Origin: a bacterium
Lineage (GTDB): Bacteria; Patescibacteriota; Minisyncoccia; JBBINA01
Assembly (NCBI GenBank): GCA_037444125.1
Contig: JBBINA010000001.1
Coordinates: 13,961 to 77,960 of the forward strand
DNA: 64,000 bases
Direction: 5' to 3'
Below, piece after piece: positions 30,105-39,368 of this stretch. A program made the translations under genes and the position numbers. The notes below the pieces were generated by a model, which saw only the letters and a list, made by a program, of their open reading frames with translations, was not told the DNA's origin and ran no database searches. Positions within the stretch are counted from its first letter, which is position 1. Every line of letters starts with the position of its first letter.

Positions 30105-31496
30105 TCAAATGTTTATTTTAATGTTTAATTCACTTAACTGCTTTTTGGAAAGTTTTGAGGGTGCGTCCATAACAGCTGTGCGCCCAGAACTTGTTTGCGG
30201 AAATGCTTGGACTTCTCTGAGAAATTGCTCACCAGTTAAAATCATAATTAATCTTTCTACTCCATGAGCAAGCCCTCCGTGGGGAGGCGCGCCATAAGAA
30301 AAAGCTTCAAGCATATGGCCGAATTGTTCCTGAATAACTTTTTCTTTATAGCCCATTATTTTAAAGACTTTTTTTAGGATTTCGGGCTTGTTAGAGCGTA
30401 TACTGCCGCCGCCGACTTCATAGCCATTACAGATAAGGTCATATTGAGTTGTCAGAATTTTATCTATATTTTTTTCTTTTAAGAGCCAGTCAATATGTTC
30501 AGGTTTCGGTTGAGAAAATGGATTATGGGTGAAGGTCCAGTGACCATCTTTATCCTTTTCAAAAAAAGGAAAATCAATTACCCATGCAAAAGCAAGTAAT
30601 CCTTTTTTCTTTTCTTCTTCATTTCGTAAATCAAATTTATCGGCTTTAAATTTTTTTATAGCTTCCTGGTAAGTGAATATAGGAAATGGCTTTTCTTTAA
30701 TTTTATAATTCAATTTTTCAACGATTGTAGTTATCATTTCTTCATCCAGTTTCATTACATCTTCTCGTTCAACATAACTCATTTCAAGATCGATTTGCGT
30801 ATGTTCAAAACCACGGTCGGCTCTTAAGTCTTCGTCTCTTAGGCAGCGAGCGATTTGAAAATATCTTTCAAAACCAGCGACCATTAAGAGTTGTTTATAT
30901 TGCTGTGGACTTTGGGGTAGAGCAAAAAATTTTCCTGGATGTAGACGTGAGGGCGCTACAAAATCTCGCGCGCCTTCAGGGGTAGATTTGGTTAAAATAG
31001 GTGTTTCAATTTCAATAAAATTTTTTTCAAACAGAAACTCGCGGGCCATTTGGACGAATTGTGAACGTAGTTTGATATTCTTTTGCAGGCGTTGGCGACG
31101 CAAATCAAGATAGCGGTATTTTAATCTTAGCTCTTCGTTAATTTCATAGCCGTCGCTAGTTATACTGAAAGGCAAGTCTTTAGCGGTTGAAAGAATTTGG
31201 AGTTCATTTACTTCGCCTTCAATAGAGCCAGTGTCTAGATTAGGATTAATGGTTTTTCCAGGACGTTTATGAATAATCGCTTTAACTGCGATTATAGATT
31301 CGTTTTTAAGACCATCTATTTTTTCGAAAATTTCTTTTTTGGCAGGAAGGATAACCAGTTGTAGAATTCCTGTCATGTCTCGAAGATCAATGAATTTGAT
31401 TTTTCCATGATCGCGCTGTGAGTTGACAAAACCTGCTAAAACTACTTCTTGATTTACTTTATTTAAGGTCTTCTTGATTAAAATGCGATTTTTCAT
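30105..31496 (-). CDS. aspS: aspartate--tRNA ligase (compact form without GAD insertion)
   Basis: N-term OB fold, FRDEDLRADRGFEHTQID, GGGSIR, GLAHGVERLIMIL; 463 aa. Confidence 0.88.
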   Translation of the reverse strand: MKNRILIKKTLNKVNQEVVLAGFVNSQRDHGKIKFIDLRDMTGILQLVILPAKKEIFEKIDGLKNESIIAVKAIIHKRPGKTINPNLDTGSIEGEVNELQILSTAKDLPFSITSDGYEINEELRLKYRYLDLRRQRLQKNIKLRSQFVQMAREFLFEKNFIEIETPILTKSTPEGARDFVAPSRLHPGKFFALPQSPQQYKQLLMVAGFERYFQIARCLRDEDLRADRGFEHTQIDLEMSYVEREDVMKLDEEMITTIVEKLNYKIKEKPFPIFTYQEAIKKFKADKFDLRNEEEKKKGLLAFAWVIDFPFFEKDKDGHWTFTHNPFSQPKPEHIDWLLKEKNIDKILTTQYDLICNGYEVGGGSIRSNKPEILKKVFKIMGYKEKVIQEQFGHMLEAFSYGAPPHGGLAHGVERLIMILTGEQFLREVQAFPQTSSGRTAVMDAPSKLSKKQLSELNIKINI

Positions 31497-31648
31497 TTTT
31501 TAGTATTGACATATTAGATTTGATTTGTTAGCATTATAGTGTCTTCTAAATCATCTGCCGGCTAACCTCTTTTTCTGGCTGACCTCCTTTCTAGCTTTAT
31601 AGTTCAGCTAGTTTAGGTGTTCTCCCTCCTTCCCTCTCTTTGTTGGGC

Positions 31649-31680
31649 CCGATACTCCACTCGGGCCCTTTATATTTAAT
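31649..31680. other. GC-rich perfect hairpin GGGCCCGA-N8-TCGGGCCC in the pepA-aspS intergenic region
   Basis: 8-bp all-GC stem in AT-rich DNA; T-tract follows on plus strand, polypurine tract on minus strand. Confidence 0.4.
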
Positions 31681-31682
31681 AG

Positions 31683-33161
31683 TTAATTTTTTACAAATTC
31701 GAATAATAACCATACGCCATAGCCAGTTGCCCCTTTTTCTTGCCAGAGAGTATCTTGTGAATAAAAAGCTGTGCCGGCTACATCAAGATGTAAAAAATTA
31801 TAATCTTTGGCAAAAAATTCCAAGAAGGCTGCTGCTGTAATTGCACCGCCGGGTCTTCCGCCTAAATTTTTAATGTGAGCCACCTGAGATTTATTTTGTT
31901 CTCGGTGTTCATCGTATATAGGTAGCTGCCAGACTCGTTCACCTGAAATTGCCGCAGCCCTTTTTATTCTTTTTGCCAATTCCTCATTATTAGTAAATAA
32001 GCCTGATGCCCAATTGCTTAAAGCGATAATACATGCACCAGTCAAAGTAGCTACGGTTATAATGGCTTGGGGATTATAAGTCTTTTTGGCATATTCAATG
32101 GCATCGGCTAGGATGATTCTACCTTCTGCGTCAGTGTCAAGCACTTCGACTGTTTTGCCGCCATATATTTCTAGAATATCGCCCGGCTTAAATGAAGTAT
32201 GACTAGGCATATTTTCAACAATAGGCAGAATAGCTACAAAATTCTTTTTTATGCCAAGAGATTTTAGCAGAAAGGCGCTTGAAGCTACTATACTGCCTCC
32301 TGACATGTCAGATTTCATTTCATCAAGACCTTCACGTGGTTTAATAGAAATACCCCCTGAATCAAAAGTGACTGATTTTCCAATCAAGACTAGAGGTCTT
32401 TCTTTTGGATTAATAATATTTTCAATAATCAGCAGGTGTGGCTCATGGCATGAACCGCGACCAACGCCTAGAATACCGCCAAATTTATTTTTCTCCAGTT
32501 CTGCTTTAGCCATTAATTTAACATTAAGATTAAGCTGCTTAGCAGTTTTAGCTAATTCTTGAGCGAAGGTAGATGGAGTAAGTTTTGAACTGTGTTCGTT
32601 AATATGGTCTTTGGAATAGTTAATCCATTTAATCAATTCGCGGCCAAAATCTAGATTTTTCTCTATTTTACTAATAAGCTTAACGTCTTTGATTAGAAGA
32701 TGAGCTGTTTTGAGAGGTCTAATCTCGTTATTAGCACTAATGTATTTTAAAAATTTATAAAAACCATTATTAATACCTTTTATAATATGAATTAGAGTTT
32801 GGTTGTTGTTTTTGGTAATAGTGAGAAGCGATTTATCAATTACAAGATTAAATTCGTCAATATTTTTTAATTGAAGGTTACGGCCCAATAAAGAAAAAGA
32901 TTTAAACACAGCAAAAGTGTCTGTGTAAATCTCTTTTTTGTCTAGTCCGTAAAGTATGAAAAATCTATTTTCCTGATTTATTGTCGTAAAAATGTCACCA
33001 AGTTTTCCTTTAAAAAAATTCAAAATTTGTTTAGCTGTCATTTGAGAGAAATTAAGCTCGTTTATAAGATATGTTTCGTTAAGGTTATTTTGAAATATAG
33101 GAAATACTGTAGGTAACCGTGGATTTGAAGTTTTGTATGTTTCGACAACAAATTGATTCAT
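31683..33161 (-). CDS. pepA: leucyl aminopeptidase (M17)
   Basis: NTDAEGR-type motif VLDTDAEGRIILADA, MKSDMSGGS. Confidence 0.92.
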   Translation of the reverse strand: MNQFVVETYKTSNPRLPTVFPIFQNNLNETYLINELNFSQMTAKQILNFFKGKLGDIFTTINQENRFFILYGLDKKEIYTDTFAVFKSFSLLGRNLQLKNIDEFNLVIDKSLLTITKNNNQTLIHIIKGINNGFYKFLKYISANNEIRPLKTAHLLIKDVKLISKIEKNLDFGRELIKWINYSKDHINEHSSKLTPSTFAQELAKTAKQLNLNVKLMAKAELEKNKFGGILGVGRGSCHEPHLLIIENIINPKERPLVLIGKSVTFDSGGISIKPREGLDEMKSDMSGGSIVASSAFLLKSLGIKKNFVAILPIVENMPSHTSFKPGDILEIYGGKTVEVLDTDAEGRIILADAIEYAKKTYNPQAIITVATLTGACIIALSNWASGLFTNNEELAKRIKRAAAISGERVWQLPIYDEHREQNKSQVAHIKNLGGRPGGAITAAAFLEFFAKDYNFLHLDVAGTAFYSQDTLWQEKGATGYGVWLLFEFVKN

Positions 33162-33823
33162 AGGTTATAAGTTAGCAACTTAAATAAAAAATTAATAATT
33201 GGAATAATTATCCACGAAAACCAAAAGATAAAAATAAACAAAAGAATAATACCATATTGATTTAATAAAGTTTCGATATGCGCTAGGCGTTGCGGCAAAA
33301 TACCAACTAGAATTTTTGAGCCGTCAAGCGGTGGAATTGGAACAAGATTAAAAATAGCGAGCATCAGATTTATTAAGACAGTCTTTAGTATAAGCCAGCT
33401 AAAGCTATCTTGGATTGAAGTTAACCCAAACATTATTAAAATTCTTAAAATTATGGCGAGACTTATAGCAATGATAATATTGGAGGCTGGCCCTGCCAAA
33501 GCTACAAGCGCTGTGTCACGTTTGGGATTTTTTAAATTATATGGGTTTACTGGTACTGGTTTTGCCCAAGCAAAGAAAAATCCCGAATTGCTAAGTATAA
33601 GTAAAGCCGGTAAAAGGATACTACCAATTGGATCAAGATGTGGCAACGGATTTATGGTTATGCGGCCCATAAGTTTAGCTGTTTTGTCGCCAAGTATTAA
33701 AGCCATTTGTCCGTGGCTAACTTCGTGAATAATAGCTGAAAAAAGCAATATTAAGACAAAAACAATTAAAGAAGTCGCACTATTATCTTGCATTTCCGCA
33801 ATATTTAAAAATTTAATAAGCAT
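33158..33823 (-). CDS. M50 family site-2 protease-like metalloprotease
   Basis: HEVSHG (HExxH) inside a TM helix, polytopic 221 aa; ATGA overlap with pepA. Confidence 0.8.
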   Translation of the reverse strand: MLIKFLNIAEMQDNSATSLIVFVLILLFSAIIHEVSHGQMALILGDKTAKLMGRITINPLPHLDPIGSILLPALLILSNSGFFFAWAKPVPVNPYNLKNPKRDTALVALAGPASNIIIAISLAIILRILIMFGLTSIQDSFSWLILKTVLINLMLAIFNLVPIPPLDGSKILVGILPQRLAHIETLLNQYGIILLFIFIFWFSWIIIPIINFLFKLLTYNL

Positions 33824-33896
33824 AATAGCTTGTAATTGATTTTAACAAAGTTCTGAATTAAAATACAAGAACTAATTGGTTTGGTTATTTATTAAT

Positions 33897-33970
33897 TCCG
33901 GGATCGTCTAATGGCAGGACGCCACGCTCTGGACGTGGAGATTGGGGTTCGAGTCCCTGTCCCGGAGCCA
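33897..33970 (+). tRNA. tRNA-Gln (anticodon CUG), CCA-encoded
   Basis: cloverleaf folded by hand: acceptor TCCGGGA/TCCCGGA with U1:A72 typical of bacterial tRNA-Gln, D stem GTCT/GGAC, anticodon stem CCACG/CGTGG, loop CTCTGGA, T arm TGGGG-TTCGAGT-CCCTG, GCCA end. Confidence 0.85.
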
Positions 33971-34042
33971 GAGAATACGATACGAACATGGATTTTTGAG
34001 AAAAGAATTTTTGTTCGCCTTTTGATGGTAGCAGAGTAGTGC

Positions 34043-34098
34043 CCTTGTTTGAATCGAGAAGAATTTTGTTTTATATTTCGGAGGTCGATCTCTAAAAA
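34043..34098. repeat. short repeated hairpin element copy R2 (CCTTGTTT...TTTCGGAGGTCGATCTCTAAAAA)
   Basis: related to copy at 25368-25410; lies between tRNA-Gln and the hsp20 terminator. Confidence 0.4.
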
Positions 34099-34111
34099 CA
34101 TAAAAAAACAT

Positions 34112-34139
34112 AAAAATCCCCGAAAAAAGGGGATTTTTA
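34112..34139. terminator. bidirectional terminator (ATCCCC-gaaaaaa-GGGGAT, flanked by A- and T-tracts)
   Basis: 30 nt downstream of the hsp20 stop on the minus strand. Confidence 0.65.
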
Positions 34140-34167
34140 TGTTTATTATTTTATTATTTGTTTTATT

Positions 34168-34605
34168 TTATTTTGTGTTTTTGATTTTTATTTTAATCTT
34201 GGAAGGTGGCTTGACTGCTAATTTTGGCATTACGATTTTAAGAACGCCTTTATCGTAAGTGGCTTCCGTTGCCTTTTCTTTTACTTCTGTTGGCAATCGT
34301 ACAATTCTTTCAAACGAACTTTTCTTGATTTCTTTTTTCCAGTAGTTTCTTTTCTTTTCTTCTTTTTCTTCATCAGCTTTGCCACTTACTTTTAGAATGC
34401 CGTTTTCAACAGAAATATCAATTTTTTCAGGATCAAAATCGGGGATATTTAATTCAGCCACGACTTCCTTATCAGTTTCATAGAGATTCATTGCTGGCAT
34501 AGCCAAATTTTTGCTTGAAAATACAGGCAGAAACCAGTCGTCATCTTCAAAGAATTTCTCTAAGTCGAAAGGTTGTTTCCATGGGATTAGCGACATATTT
34601 TTCAC
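34168..34605 (-). CDS. Hsp20/alpha-crystallin family small heat-shock protein
   Basis: alpha-crystallin domain, C-term ...GVLKIVMPK; strong SD AAGGAGGTG. Confidence 0.9.
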   Translation of the reverse strand: MKNMSLIPWKQPFDLEKFFEDDDWFLPVFSSKNLAMPAMNLYETDKEVVAELNIPDFDPEKIDISVENGILKVSGKADEEKEEKKRNYWKKEIKKSSFERIVRLPTEVKEKATEATYDKGVLKIVMPKLAVKPPSKIKIKIKNTK

Positions 34606-34708
34606 CTCCTTTCAAACTTATCTAAATAGCTTTTATGCCAAAATTATAAAAAACTTTTACTAAATTTTTAGTCTCTATATTATATTTTAAAATTTTTGAT
34701 GGCTAAAG

Positions 34709-34737
34709 TCAAGAAGAATTTAAAATATCTTCTTGAA
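34709..34737. promoter_or_regulatory. perfect 9-bp inverted repeat TCAAGAAGA-N11-TCTTCTTGA (candidate operator) between divergent hsp20 and cupin genes
   Basis: overlaps a TATAAT-containing putative hsp20 promoter on the minus strand; matches neither CIRCE nor HAIR consensus. Confidence 0.4.
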
Positions 34738-34781
34738 CATTTATAATTTTGTTATGTTAAAATAATTTGTAATCAAATTTT

Positions 34782-35177
34782 ATGAGAGGTTTTATAGCCG
34801 ATATAAAAAAGGAAACATTAATTAATAGTAGTTTTCGTAAGGTTTTATACACAGGTAAAAATAGTCAGCTAGTAATAATGAGTTTAAAACCAAAAGAAGA
34901 AATCGGCATGGAAATATTTTCAAAAAATGATCAGTTTTTTCGCTTCGAAAAGGGTTGGGGTAAATGTATTGATGGCACTATTTATGAAGTTGGAAGTGGT
35001 ATTGCGGTAATAGTTCCTGCGGGAGCTATGCATAATATTATAAATATTTCGGAAAATGAAGAGCTTAAGTTTTATACAATTTATTCTCCTCCTCATCATA
35101 AAGATGGTATTGTAAGAAGCACAAAAGAAGAAACAGAAGCAAGCGAGGCAGAATTTGATGGTATTACCTCGGAATAA
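34782..35177 (+). CDS. cupin domain protein
   Basis: 131 aa; two-His cupin motif region GAMHNIIN. Confidence 0.65.
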   Translation: MRGFIADIKKETLINSSFRKVLYTGKNSQLVIMSLKPKEEIGMEIFSKNDQFFRFEKGWGKCIDGTIYEVGSGIAVIVPAGAMHNIINISENEELKFYTIYSPPHHKDGIVRSTKEETEASEAEFDGITSE

Positions 35178-35462
35178 TGAAGAAAGAACCAAACTTAATT
35201 TAAGAATTTAGGTTTTTAATTGTATTTTTCGCATAAGGTTTTCAGTATCTATTTATTACGGCGGTTTTAGTCTTTTTTGATGATTTTACCTTTTTGGTTA
35301 TTTGACGAAGGTGTAAACCATTTTTGTGGAAACATATTTTTATTTATTTTGTGTTTTCTATTTTGATTATTAATATTTGCTTATTTTTATAACCAAGATT
35401 ATTTATCAAGATTTTGTTTACTTAGAAGAGATTCATGAATTATTTGTTTATTAAGCGTTTTT

Positions 35463-35867
35463 ATGAAAAATAAAGATATTATAAAACAGGAACACAAAGA
35501 AGTTGAAAAAAACTTTATTATATTAAATTTAGGTTTGGGGGAGCGTAATAAATTTATTTTGATAAAAACTCGACAAAGAAATGATGTATGTCAATATTTT
35601 GTCATTGGCGACATTACTCAATACCATCAGCATGTATATCTGTATAATAAAGCAAAAACCAATATCGTAGGTGAAATTTTAGAGACTTGCGGAGGTTTGT
35701 TGGATATCACTAAAACCAAAAATGGCATTATCGGGAGGATTTGGGGTAAAAGCAATGTTTATTACGGATATAAAAAAATCGAACTCGAACGGCTATCTAA
35801 GTTAATAAAGGCGCGTTTGGGTTTTAACGAGCTTGAAATTGAAGAGTCAAAACCATATTCACTTTAG
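35463..35867 (+). CDS. hypothetical protein
   Basis: 134 aa ORF, no motif recognised. Confidence 0.4.
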   Translation: MKNKDIIKQEHKEVEKNFIILNLGLGERNKFILIKTRQRNDVCQYFVIGDITQYHQHVYLYNKAKTNIVGEILETCGGLLDITKTKNGIIGRIWGKSNVYYGYKKIELERLSKLIKARLGFNELEIEESKPYSL

Positions 35868-36040
35868 CGACTTAATTTAATTTCTTATCTTAAAAGATAG
35901 GAAAATAAAAGTTCAGCAGCGTTGATGGTTTTTAAGGTGGTGTTATTTAATGTATTTTGTGTTCTTTTTTGTTTTTTTAAAAAATATTTGATAAATTAGG
36001 CTATGTGTACCCTAAACAGCATTACTAAAGGAGGTAAAAT

Positions 36041-37047
36041 ATGCCTATACGAATTGGTCTGAATGGTTTTGGGCGGACAGCGCGGACTTTTTTTAGAATT
36101 GTAAGCGAAAGTCCATCGGTTGAGCTTGAGGTTGTAGCTATTAATGTAAAAAGTCAAAGCCCAGAGCAAGCAGCTTATTTACTTAAATATGATTCAGTAT
36201 ATGGACGATACTCCAAAGATGTATTGTATAACGATAAAACCATCAAAATAGAAGGTTGCGAAGTTCCGATTCTACAGGTTTCAGACCCGGCAGAAGTTCC
36301 TTGGTTTAAGTTTGATGTAGATATAGTTGTCGAAGCAACTGGGAAGTTTAGATCATTTGATAAAGCAGCTAAACATCTTGCCAGCGGTGGAGTTAAAAAA
36401 GTGCTTATTACTGCGCCGGCAAAAGGCGATATTCCCACTATTGTCTTTGGGGTTAATGACAATATTTATAACAAAAAGAGGTATCATATAATTTCAGCTG
36501 TTTCTTGTACTACTAATTGTTTGGCACCTGTGGCTTTATTTTACATAAAGAGTTTGGAATAAAAAGGGGTTTAATGACTACGGTTCATGCTTATACTGGT
36601 AGTCAAAATTTAGTGGATAGCAGTAACGAAGATATGGTTGAAGGCCGGGCGGCGGCTGTCAATATTATTCCGACAACAACAGGAGCGGCTAGCGTCATAG
36701 GTTTAGTAATCCCGGAACTGAAGGATAAACTTGATGGTATGGCTTTTCGCGTGCCCGTTCCTACAGGATCAGTGATTGACCTAGTAGTGGAATTAGAGAA
36801 GAAGGTTCTTGTTGAAGAGGTTAATAATATTTTTAAGCAATACGCTTTTGGTCAATTTAAGAAAACACTTGGTATTTCTGAGTGGCCATTAGTTTCCTCA
36901 GATTGTATTGGCGATAGCAGATCTGCCATTGTTGATTTAAGCTCAACTAAGATTATTGATGGAGACTTTTTAAAAGTAGTAGCTTTTTATGATAATGAGT
37001 GGGGTTATTCTGCGAGACTTGTTGATATTGCTAAAATGCTTTTATAA
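36041..37047 (+). CDS. gapA: glyceraldehyde-3-phosphate dehydrogenase, interrupted by a 1-nt frameshift near 36535-36545
   Basis: GLNGFGR, SCTTNCLAP then frame switch, then GLMTTVHAYT; two overlapping ORFs 36041..36562 and 36517..37047; strong SD AAAGGAGGT. Confidence 0.85.
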
Positions 37048-37232
37048 AAAATTGGGTAGTAAATTTAATAAATTGACCTGCTGTTTATGAGTTTTATTAG
37101 CGAGGTATAATGATTGCAATCTGGAAGAACAAGACAGCAGGGCAATTTTTAAATACTTTCGTTAAATTAAATACTATATAGTTAAGTCCGTTAAAGTGTA
37201 TTAAAGTAACTACAAAGGAGGGCTGGTTCTTT

Positions 37233-38279
37233 ATGGTAGAAGTAAGTTATAGTAAAGTAAATATGTGGTTTTTTTGCCAAAGAATGTTTTGGTATGTTTA
37301 TGTAAAGAAGCAAAAAATGCCAGCCCCAGTAGCTTTAGTTTTTGGAGATGCTATTCATAGAGCTATTGAGTGGTTATATAAGGGCGATCCGCGTCAGAAA
37401 TTAAAAAGACTTAATAATGGCTATTCGCAGCTTTATTTTAAGTCGGCTGAATCATTTGTTAATTTTTGGAAATTTTTGTGGCGGGAATTTAATAAAGGTA
37501 AAAATGCTAATCCTGCAATACTTGGAACACAGCCTTATGAAATAATTAAGTTTTCAAGTAACAATTCTTACGCTATTAAAGAAGAGTATTATACGTTGCA
37601 AAACTTCGGCTCGTCTTTATTGAGGTATTACTATAATACTCATAGTAAAAAAGGACCTTTTCCGATCGAAGTAGAGAAAACTTTTTGTATTCCTTTAGGA
37701 GCTGTAAGGAGAAGTTTAGAAGGAGTAAGATTGAAAGGCGTTTTTGATCAAATATGGCGCGATCAAAAAGGAAACTATATTTTAGTAGATTTTAAAACCG
37801 GCTGGCGTTTTTATTCAATTCAAGATCCTCAAGCGCAGCTGCCTTTACATAAAGATTTCCAGTTAAGCCTCTATAGTTTAGCTTTTAGATATATTTATAA
37901 AACTGAAGAAAGTTGTATTATTTGGTACCCTTTGCATTACGAGAGAGATAATAAAAATGGCAACATTAATTATTGGAAGCCGGTACCGACTTTTAGAACA
38001 AAATCTGATCACGAACGCGCTTTAGACAGAATTGAAGCTTTTATAAAGGGAATTAATCTGAATTATTTTGAGCGTACGAGCGATCCAAACCGTTGCCGGC
38101 ATTGCTCTTTTTTTAAATCGTGCTGGGGAGAAGAAATTATGGTTACGCGACCTTTAGAAGTTAGCGAATTGCCGACGATTTCTATTAAAGAGCAAATTTA
38201 CAATTTAAAAGAAAAAGTAAGTTGTATGGATCCATTGATTAGCGAGCCACGACTTAAACTCAAACCGCGTCAGTATTAG
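37233..38279 (+). CDS. stand-alone Cas4-like PD-(D/E)XK nuclease with Fe-S cysteines (DUF83/RecB-family)
   Basis: N-term YSKVNMWFFCQRMFWYVYV, GDAIHRAIE, ILVDFKTG (D..K), QLSLYSLAF, C-term CRHCSFFKSC; strong SD. Confidence 0.72.
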   Translation: MVEVSYSKVNMWFFCQRMFWYVYVKKQKMPAPVALVFGDAIHRAIEWLYKGDPRQKLKRLNNGYSQLYFKSAESFVNFWKFLWREFNKGKNANPAILGTQPYEIIKFSSNNSYAIKEEYYTLQNFGSSLLRYYYNTHSKKGPFPIEVEKTFCIPLGAVRRSLEGVRLKGVFDQIWRDQKGNYILVDFKTGWRFYSIQDPQAQLPLHKDFQLSLYSLAFRYIYKTEESCIIWYPLHYERDNKNGNINYWKPVPTFRTKSDHERALDRIEAFIKGINLNYFERTSDPNRCRHCSFFKSCWGEEIMVTRPLEVSELPTISIKEQIYNLKEKVSCMDPLISEPRLKLKPRQY

Positions 38280-38295
38280 TGTAAATATTGGTTGG

Positions 38296-38333
38296 GCCTG
38301 CAAGGATAGTTTTATCTTGCAGGCTGTTTTTAT
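38296..38333 (+). terminator. rho-independent terminator (GCCTGCAAG-N11-CTTGCAGGC + T-tract), followed by a second weaker hairpin+T-tract about 38345-38395
   Basis: seen directly. Confidence 0.7.
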
Positions 38334-38421
38334 AAAACAAAATAGGCCCGTGAAGTTTGATTATTTACGGGTCTTTTATTTCGTTTTTAACTGCTATAAT
38401 ATCTTTTTTATATTTTTGTAA

Positions 38422-39259
38422 GTGAATACATATTTTAAAATAAGTTTAAAAATTTTTTTCATTGTTGGCGGTTTATTTTTTGGTTTTGTAGGTGAGTTTA
38501 GTACAGGACAATTGGTTCATTTGTCATCAGACTTTGATTTAGAAGTTGTTTCTTTCATCACTTCTCAAAATACTCGTCGAGTTGTTCGAAATCAGGACAA
38601 AAAGATATACGGCGCAATTGTGCTGCATCGTTTATTAGCTAAACCAATTATTACCGAAATCTTGAACGAAGTAGCGCAAATTTTTAAATTGCAGAAATGA
38701 ACACCTAATCAGGTTATACTCTTTTCTCCGAATCATTTTTTAACTGGAAAGTATCCTATAATTGGCACAAGCTTTGATTGGAAGACAAAATTTGGCATTG
38801 TTCAAAGCGACAAAATTGAGACTGCTGTTTTTGGTTTAACTATTAAGCGTGAGTATCTCGATTTGAAAAATAAGCCTATAGAAGAGTTTTCTGCCGGTGA
38901 TTTAGTAAAGATAAAATTGATCGTTAATTCCCGTAATAATGAAAAATTAATTTACATTATTATCGAGGATTTCTTACCATCTAGTTTTGCTCCTCAAAAT
39001 CCGCGATTAGAGAACGGGAGTGAACGAGAACGTCGGTGGTGGGGGTACGAAATGGATATAAGAGATGAACGTGTGGTTTTTTGTGGACAATCTTTGGAAT
39101 GACATACATATATTTGACTATATAGCGCGCGTCAACTTTAGAGGCGAGTTTGAGGTGTCAGCTCCGCAGGTTCAAATGATGTATGTGCCTACAAATTATG
39201 GCTTTGGTAGTGCTAAAAAAAATGATTATAAATTAAATTTTTTCAATTGGGTTTTTTGA
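38422..39259 (+). pseudogene. C-terminal remnant of an alpha-2-macroglobulin family protein (A2M receptor-binding/MG10-like region)
   Basis: IIEDFLPSSFAPQNPRLEN matches the A2M C-terminal LPAGxExEN motif; in-frame TGA at 38698-38700, frameshift in T6 run 39077-39082; the N-terminal >1000 aa expected for A2M are absent. Confidence 0.5.
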
Positions 39260-39368
39260 GGTTGGGGCTTCAAAAATTATTTCATAACAGTCATATTGAC
39301 AGAAGTAATTTTATACATTAAAATATAGATAGAGCTCACTAAAACAAATTTATAAAGGAGTGATAGTG

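Noticed and set aside
31497-31682. T-box leader upstream of aspS, and also upstream of metG/glyS
   Set aside because: No AGGGTGGNACCGCG T-box sequence or specifier-loop architecture; intergenic regions are too short
33892-34258. ORFs 33892..34101-, 33908..34111-, 34049..34258+ overlapping the tRNA-Gln and terminator region
   Set aside because: They overlap a well-folded tRNA and hairpin repeats; non-coding region
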